The notes under the pieces are model-generated. The model saw nothing but the letters and a program-made list of their open reading frames with translations, did not search any database and had not been told where the DNA came from. The translations under genes were made by a program, and so were the position numbers. DNA of 5,183 nt from Paraphysomonas bandaiensis (Eukaryota > Protista > Chrysophyceae), in assembly GCA_965644295.1 (NCBI GenBank), contig CBFFRP010000639.1, forward strand, positions 1-5,183. The letters run 5' to 3'. Positions 1 through 5,183 of this stretch are shown in pieces. Position 1 is the first letter of the stretch. The number at the start of each line of letters is the position of its first letter.

Positions 1-240
1 CGAGGGGAGAGATCCTGATATTCCATCATAATATAAGTCCACTCTGGTTATGTTCGATCCTGTGCAGGTGACTCCTCTGAAGCTGCACTTGTTCCCCACA
101 CCCGCACAGGTCCACTCAGACCATACGGAGGTAACATCAGTCGCCTGAATGAAGTCACACAGCGCTGCCTCTTGAGAGGCTACTGAGGCAACTGTGAGTG
201 TTATCAGAGACACAAACACACAGAGAATGAGTGGATTCAT
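1..240 (-). CDS. 5' part of a secreted or membrane plant-type leucine-rich-repeat protein (LRR-RLP/RLK-like ectodomain), truncated by the window edge
   Basis: Manual translation from ATG 240: MNPLILCVFVSLITLTVASVASQEAALCDFIQATDVTSVWSEWTCAGVGNKCSFRGVTCTGSNITRVDLYYDGISGSLPS, open to position 1. It has a hydrophobic signal-peptide-like N-terminus, an LRRNT_2-type cap (EAAL..F....W.....C.F.GVTC), an N-glycosylation sequon NIT, and a plant-specific LRR start (ITRVDL....ISGSLP). In-frame ATGs also occur at 246 and 309. It is absent from the ORF track, probably because there is no stop in the window. Confidence 0.88.
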   Translation of the reverse strand, partial: MNPLILCVFVSLITLTVASVASQEAALCDFIQATDVTSVWSEWTCAGVGNKCSFRGVTCTGSNITRVDLYYDGISGSLPS

Positions 241-410
241 ATACATACACACATGAGGGCATCTTGTAATGCATACGAGGGACTGTCGTGTGGTGGAACT
301 AAGAGTCATCTCATACTAGTGGAACAAATACCGGAATACGATCATCAGATGGATCACAGCAAGCACTGAGTACGTACAGCAGTATGAACAACAGACACCT
401 CAGAATGGGG

Positions 411-422
411 GCTTTTTATATA
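411..422 (-). promoter_or_regulatory. possible TATA box for the LRR gene
   Basis: The minus strand reads TATATAAAAAGC followed by a C run, about 170 nt upstream of ATG 240. Motif match only, within an AT-rich stretch. Confidence 0.25.
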
Positions 423-1669
423 AAAAACACAGTATTTATACCCAAATATTGAAAAAGTGGTATATTCTTAAAAATAGACATAAAATCATCTATTTTCATG
501 ACTTTTTCAACTGAAGTCGAGTGTGTATGTTAGTGTGGCAAGCTCACTCAGTGTTGCTCGCACAGGCAGCTGGAGCCCCCGACAGACTCTCGAAGGGTCG
601 CATGTGAGTCCAGTAGACCATAATTCACATTGCAGTCTCTCCTAACGACCTCGATAAGCGCATGTTGGAGAATCTCAATGAGGCAGCGAACCCCCCAACA
701 AGGAGCATAAGGAGGCTGTGCAGGCCAGTATGGTCCGTAAGGGAAGATTAAGCGCAAGCTGGTTGGAGCTTGTTAGCGATGGAGCAGGAGGGTGTTTACC
801 GGCTTCAGTTCCTATGAAGCGCATGGTGAACCGGGCCCAGAGCACACTCCCCCCTCCTGGGAGCCTACTACTAGAGGCAGTCCACCCACGTATACCCACA
901 AATGGAGGTAATGGTCTCTGGATGCACTTTCTACCCGTGACCAGTGTATGCAGGGTCTGTGCAATACTTCCGATGCGGGTGTAAGGGTCTGCATGGCCTG
1001 TCTCCGACATACTGGTCGCTGAGGCTGGGTTGCCATGCTAGGAGTCCTATTCAATGCTGAAGAGCTGCAGTCAGAGTACTGGTTCAGGTATGAGAGAAGC
1101 TTGAGGCTTTAGTCATCGTGGAACGAGTTCTTTACTTCTGTGTTTTGCTATGAATAATAATAATATGAGTGATTATTTGTTGTCTGCTGATGAATGCGTT
1201 ATTAATAGTTAGTCGCGCTCTGCGCTTCCAAGCACAACATTATAGTCTTGAAGTATCACTTGTAATAACGCACTATAGCCACGTAAGTAGGGCACGCGAG
1301 ATGCCACGTGGTCACAACTCGCAATCAACATCAAGAACGGAAGTGGTCGCACCTTGGTGCTTGCGGCGACGCACAAGCAGCTTCTGTAGCGTTAAATAGT
1401 AGGATAATGGAATTTGTGCTGATTAGTTATGGGTAGAGGTCTAACTAGTACGTCTAGCGTTCAACTAGCCACTATATTGGTACATGTTTTTAACGCCTAC
1501 TGCTAAATAAAAAGACTTTCAATATATATATCAGGCCCTGGTCACTAATAATTATATGACAGTGAGTTGTGGAAGTCACAGTTGGAGTATTTTATGTATT
1601 ATCCATCCATTTTATTAATTTTATGACGCACTATGTGGAAGTAATCCTATATTATCACTACATATCATA

Positions 1670-2065
1670 GTGACATACTTCATAGAAAAAAAATTAGACA
1701 TTTGCAATTTGCAACTGGATTCGTCCATGGAGGTTGGTGTACCCGACAGAAATAACGAGGACGAGAGTGAAGGAACTGATTTTGCACAGCGTGTTCTAGA
1801 CAGCGCTGAGGTTACCAAGAGAGCTCGACTTGGTACCTATGAGTCCAACTACCGCTGCTTGCTTCATATTGAAGCACAATCTAATGTTGTTGAGAGGCTC
1901 TTTAGTCGTGCAAAGTTGATTATGACACCTGAGCGTAGAAACATGAATCCATATCGTCTAGAATCGTTGCTATTCCTACGAGCCAATTACATGTTGTGAG
2001 ATGTTTATACCTTCCATGAAGCCCTGCAAGAAGATCCTGCTGTGCCAGTAGAGAGTGAGAAGTAG
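1670..2065 (+). pseudogene. hAT transposase C-terminal (dimerisation-domain) fragment with a premature stop
   Basis: The frame reads DFAQRVL..KRARL..YRCLLHIEAQSNVVERLFSRAKLIMTPERRNMNPYRLESLLFLRANYML*DVYTFHEALQEDPAVPVESEK*. This matches the hAT motif S..vER.FS.......R..l....E.llFL..N..LW. The TGA at 1997-1999 sits where the Trp is expected, and the frame continues to TAG 2063-2065. The BED finger and N-terminal catalytic core are absent. Confidence 0.8.
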
Positions 2066-2163
2066 TTAAAATTTGTAGTCTGCTATTTAACTAAAAATTA
2101 GTAATTAAGGGAGCACAAAACTATCTATTATATGAGTGGTGTTATCTACTTTAAGTTAGATAC

Positions 2164-2241
2164 TATAATTGCCGGGACTTTTTTCATTAATGCCATTATA
2201 ATTGCCGGGAACTGGACTACCATTAATGGGCCATTAATGGT
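2164..2241. repeat. hAT right-end subterminal repeats
   Basis: TATAATTGCCGGGA occurs at 2164-2177 and 2197-2210. Palindromic CATTAATG occurs at 2185, 2221 and 2232. 2219-2241 is a 23-nt near-palindrome (accattaatgg-g-ccattaatggt). Confidence 0.8.
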
Positions 2242-2510
2242 TACCAGGCCCTGCTTCATAGCGTACTCCAACACATATGCTGTTGTTTCTGACAGTAGTG
2301 ATCGGATACATGCATATTTCAATTGAATGAGTATGGTGGCCAATGATGGCTCAGTGGGTGATTTTGAACAAAATAGTGATTAGCTAAGCAGTAGCTACTC
2401 TTTGCTGGTCACTGGTCAGCGTAGTGGGTTTGGCTATCTTGTGATCTCAATGACTGATACTAAAAATAAAATCTACGGGTGTGTTTACTTACTGATTAAT
2501 GATACTACTG

Positions 2511-2593
2511 TATTGCAATGCTATTGTTAGGGCGGTTCCAAAAACTCCATTAATATTATAAATGGAACACTACCTAACAATAGTATTGAAATA
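2511..2593. repeat. imperfect inverted repeat or hairpin (about 30-bp arms, 22-nt spacer)
   Basis: 2511-2540 tattgcaatgctattgttagggcg-gttcca versus the reverse complement of 2563-2593 tatttcaatactattgttaggtagtgttcca: 26/31 aligned positions identical. Confidence 0.75.
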
Positions 2594-3027
2594 TTATGTT
2601 CTTACCATCCCCTGATAATACGCATTGCATACACCTGGTATCACATATCACTCTCAAATTGATAGCCATCTTGCTCAGCACCACCATGTTCCACTATTGC
2701 TAAGCAAAAAGAAATAAAGCATGATAAATATCCCCGCCCAGAAACACATCTATTCACACTCATCTCAAAACTCACAACACTAAGATAACCCAAACTTCTT
2801 CAAGCGTGTTAGATTGCTGGTAGGATACTTAGCACATACGGCTCACTGATTCGTAATCGAAGATCGTTCTCTTTGACACTGATTAGTTCTTCGAAGTGTG
2901 CCTCCGCAACGCTCTTGAAATATTGAAAACAGAGGAACGAGATCGCTGAGGTAGTGCCTCCATTATGTGTCATCAGATTTTCTCTCATCTCATTCTGATT
3001 GTGAAGTGTACCACTTGTGGTTTGATC

Positions 3028-3053
3028 TCACTCATAGACATCACTCATAGACA
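3028..3053. repeat. perfect 13-bp tandem duplication
   Basis: tcactcatagaca occurs twice (3028-3040 and 3041-3053). Confidence 0.85.
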
Positions 3054-3612
3054 CTGATATCGTAGACTACAGTTGAATAATACACACGTATAACCAATCA
3101 GAGTGTTGTCAGTACGTAACATACATGCATGTGTCGTCAGGTTGTGTTCATACTGCAGCTAATGCATGCATGTGAGTTGAGTGATACGATGTCATCATGC
3201 TGTCTATAGCTGTTGATACTCAATGAAATACAATAATATGACGATAGATTCGTGCTCAGCACCTCTGAATTAGTCTACCAGCATCATCCCTCCATCAGCA
3301 TCACTGTGAGCAGACACACTCAGACAAACCATGATCACAAGCGCATCCTGATGGACGACAGCGACAGATGGTTGAAAAGATGAAGACACTCACTTGCAAC
3401 TTAACGCAACACTGAACTGATGAGAGATCAAAGTGACGGTCACGAGAATGATAATGAAACAAAGCTGAGAGTGTGTTTGATCACCAACTGAAAAATAGAG
3501 TGTCTCTTCAAGATATGAAGGTATCTTATTGTGCTGATGGTGTGATGTGGCGTGTATGTGTGTATAGTAGGATCATATTGTTGCTTATATTCACTTCACT
3601 TCTCTTGTCTTC

Positions 3613-3628
3613 TATATATATATATATA
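3613..3628. repeat. (TA)8 microsatellite
   Basis: tatatatatatatata just before AG|ATG at 3629-3633. Confidence 0.9.
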
Positions 3629-3630
3629 AG

Positions 3631-3723
3631 ATGGATGATATTACTACAGCTGCTTCTGAGGGTGATTGGAGTGGTGTGAAGAGATGCGTTGAGAGGGGCG
3701 ATAATATCAATACACAAGATGAG
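3631..3723 (+). CDS. ankyrin gene exon: N-terminal capping repeat (31 aa)
   Basis: Encodes MDDITTAASEGDWSGVKRCVERGDNINTQDE with donor GAG|GTAACC at 3724. It is preceded by a pyrimidine tract, (TA)8 and AG at 3629-3630, so it may be an internal exon. Confidence 0.85.
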
Positions 3724-5142
3724 GTAACCATACATACATACATACATACATACATACATACATACATACATACATACATACATACATACATACATACATA
3801 CATACATACATACATACATACATACATACATCCAACATACACATACATACACACATACATACATACATACAGACATACACACATACATACATACATAATA
3901 CATACATACATACATACATACATACATACATACATACATACATACACACATACATACATACATACATGCATACATACATACATACATACATACATACATA
4001 CATACGTACATACATACATACATACATACGTACATACATACATACATACATACATGCATACATACATACATACATACGTACATACATACATACATATATA
4101 CATACATACATACATACATACATACATACATACATACATACATACATACATACATACATACATACATACGTACATACATACATACATACATACGTACATA
4201 CGTATATACATACATATATACATGCATACATACATACATACATACATACATACATACATACATACATACATGCGTACATACATACATACATACATACATA
4301 CATACATACATACATACATACATACATACATACATACATACATACGTACATACGTATATACATACATACATACATACATACATACATACATACATACATA
4401 CATACATACATACATACATACATACATACATACATACATACGTACATACATACATACATACGTACATACATACATACATACGTACATACATACATACATA
4501 CATACGTACATACATACATACATACATACATGCATGCATACATACATACATACATACATACATACATACATACATACATACATACGTACATACATACATA
4601 CATACATATATACATACATACATACATACATACGTACATACATACATACATACATACATACATACATACATACATACACACATACATGCATACATACATA
4701 CATATACAGTGCTAAGAGGGCTCATGTGATGTCATTGTTATTGTTTTATAGGATGGTTCTACAGCTCTTCACTATGCTGCCTATAATGGTCACAGAGATA
4801 CATGTGAATATCTCATCAGCGAAGGAGCAGATATCACTATAAGAGACACTGTAAGTAACCCCCCTATACATACATATACAGTGATATACATACATATACA
4901 GTGATATACATACATATACAGTGATATACATACATATACAGTGATATACATACATATACAGTGATATACATACATATACAGTGATATACATACATATACA
5001 GTGCTAAGAGGGCTCATGTGATGTTATTGTTGTTGTTTTATAGGATGGTTTTACAGCTCTTCACGAGGCTGCCTCTGAAGGTCACAGAGATACATGTGAA
5101 TATCTCATCAGGGAAGGAGCAGATGTCACTATAAGAAACGAT
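3631..5142 (+). CDS. ankyrin-repeat protein, spliced join(3631..3723,4752..4850,5044..5142), continuing beyond the window
   Basis: The spliced product is MDDITTAASEGDWSGVKRCVERGDNINTQDE|DGSTALHYAAYNGHRDTCEYLISEGADITIRDT|DGFTALHEAASEGHRDTCEYLIREGADVTIRND. It fits the ankyrin consensus G.T.LH.AA..GH......L...GAD. All junctions are GT-AG and phase 0. Confidence 0.92.
3724..4751 (+). other. spliceosomal intron (1028 nt), about 95% microsatellite
   Basis: GTAACC...ttgttttatAG. It joins the two ankyrin exons in frame. Confidence 0.85.
3729..4708. repeat. (TACA)n / (ATGT)n tetranucleotide microsatellite, about 980 bp
   Basis: About 245 units with scattered TACG, TGCA, TATA and CACA variants. Confidence 0.99.
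4752..4850 (+). CDS. ankyrin gene exon: one complete 33-aa repeat (99 nt, phase 0-0)
   Basis: ttttatAG|GAT...ACT|GTAAGT, encoding DGSTALHYAAYNGHRDTCEYLISEGADITIRDT. Confidence 0.93.
4851..5043 (+). other. spliceosomal intron (193 nt) containing a 20-bp minisatellite
   Basis: GTAAGT...ttgttttatAG. It joins the ankyrin exons in frame. Confidence 0.92.
4865..5003. repeat. 20-bp minisatellite (TATACATACATATACAGTGA), about 7 copies
   Basis: Six perfect copies at 4865-4984 plus 19/20 of a seventh. Confidence 0.98.
5044..5142 (+). CDS. ankyrin gene exon: one complete 33-aa repeat (99 nt, phase 0-0)
   Basis: ttttatAG|GAT...GAT|GTAAGT, encoding DGFTALHEAASEGHRDTCEYLIREGADVTIRND. Confidence 0.93.
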
Positions 5143-5183
5143 GTAAGTAACCCCCCTATACATATACAGTGATGTACATACAT

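Larger units (their letters stand above)
1532..2253 (+). mobile_element. internally deleted, non-autonomous hAT-superfamily DNA transposon
   Basis: Imperfect CAG-initiated terminal inverted repeats: 1532-1552 caggccctggtcactaataat versus the reverse complement of 2233-2253 cagggcctggtaaccattaat (17/21 identical). Subterminal repeats lie at the right end and a hAT transposase C-terminal fragment lies inside. There is no matching 8-bp TSD (atatatat vs cttcatag), so the left boundary is less certain. Confidence 0.65.
4709..5164 (+). repeat. tandem exon-plus-intron-flank duplication (4709..4872 vs 5001..5164, offset 292)
   Basis: The 43-nt acceptor block is 41/43 identical, the 99-nt exon 88/99 identical, and the 22-nt donor block 22/22 identical. 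Confidence 0.95.

Noticed and set aside
192-240. Apparent minus-strand acceptor (ctcacAG) before the LRR cap
   Set aside because: The upstream sequence is in frame and encodes ATG plus a signal peptide, so no intron is needed.
1678-1685. cttcatag identical to the 8 bp right of the hAT end (2254-2261)
   Set aside because: It is not adjacent to a TIR-like sequence, so it is likely a chance match rather than a TSD.
1997-1999. TGA at a conserved Trp suggesting UGA=Trp recoding
   Set aside because: The LRR and ankyrin genes use TGG for Trp. A single TGG>TGA mutation in a dead transposon is simpler.
1169-2343. ORFs 1169..1399, 1621..1818, 2132..2326 and 2146..2343
   Set aside because: They have no recognisable motifs, and three are antisense to the transposase fragment or overlap the TE end repeats.
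2809-2988. 59-aa minus-strand ORF (MRENLMTHNGG...ILPAI)
   Set aside because: It is short, with no recognisable motif or convincing splice context.
3092-3101. CCAAT-box-like AACCAATCAG, and G-box CCACGTGG at about 1304
   Set aside because: These are short motif matches with no transcription-start evidence.
3526-4842. Long ORFs of MYVC/HTYI repeats (249-403 aa)
   Set aside because: These are artefacts of the stop-free (TACA)n microsatellite. Only the first 31 codons of 3631..4842 are a real exon, and that ORF crosses the next ankyrin exon in the wrong frame.
4865-5003. Possible CRISPR array
   Set aside because: The units are contiguous with no unique spacers, lie in an intron, and have no cas genes nearby.
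4746-5017. Minus-strand 75-81 aa ORFs
   Set aside because: They are translations of the 20-bp minisatellite, antisense to the ankyrin exon.

Overview
Eukaryotic genomic DNA, with spliceosomal GT-AG introns and a DNA-transposon relic. The plant-type LRR cap and the style of the hAT domain hint at a stramenopile or algal host, but this is inference. Two repeat-protein genes, both mis-called or missed by the ORF track, diverge from the window centre. (1) Minus strand, 240..1: the 5' end of a secreted or membrane plant-type LRR protein (signal peptide, LRRNT_2-like cap, start of first LRR), running off the window. (2) Plus strand, from 3631: an ankyrin-repeat gene built as one 99-nt phase-0 exon per repeat, with introns filled by a ~1-kb (TACA)n microsatellite and a derived 20-bp minisatellite. 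The two complete repeat exons are recent duplicates. They differ only by non-synonymous changes, clustered on the ankyrin ligand-binding face, while their intron flanks are nearly identical. This makes the gene a candidate diversifying, exon-shuffling recognition locus. Between the genes lie a deleted hAT element (about 1532..2253), an 83-nt hairpin and an unexplained GC-rich island. The long MYVC/HTYI ORFs are microsatellite artefacts.
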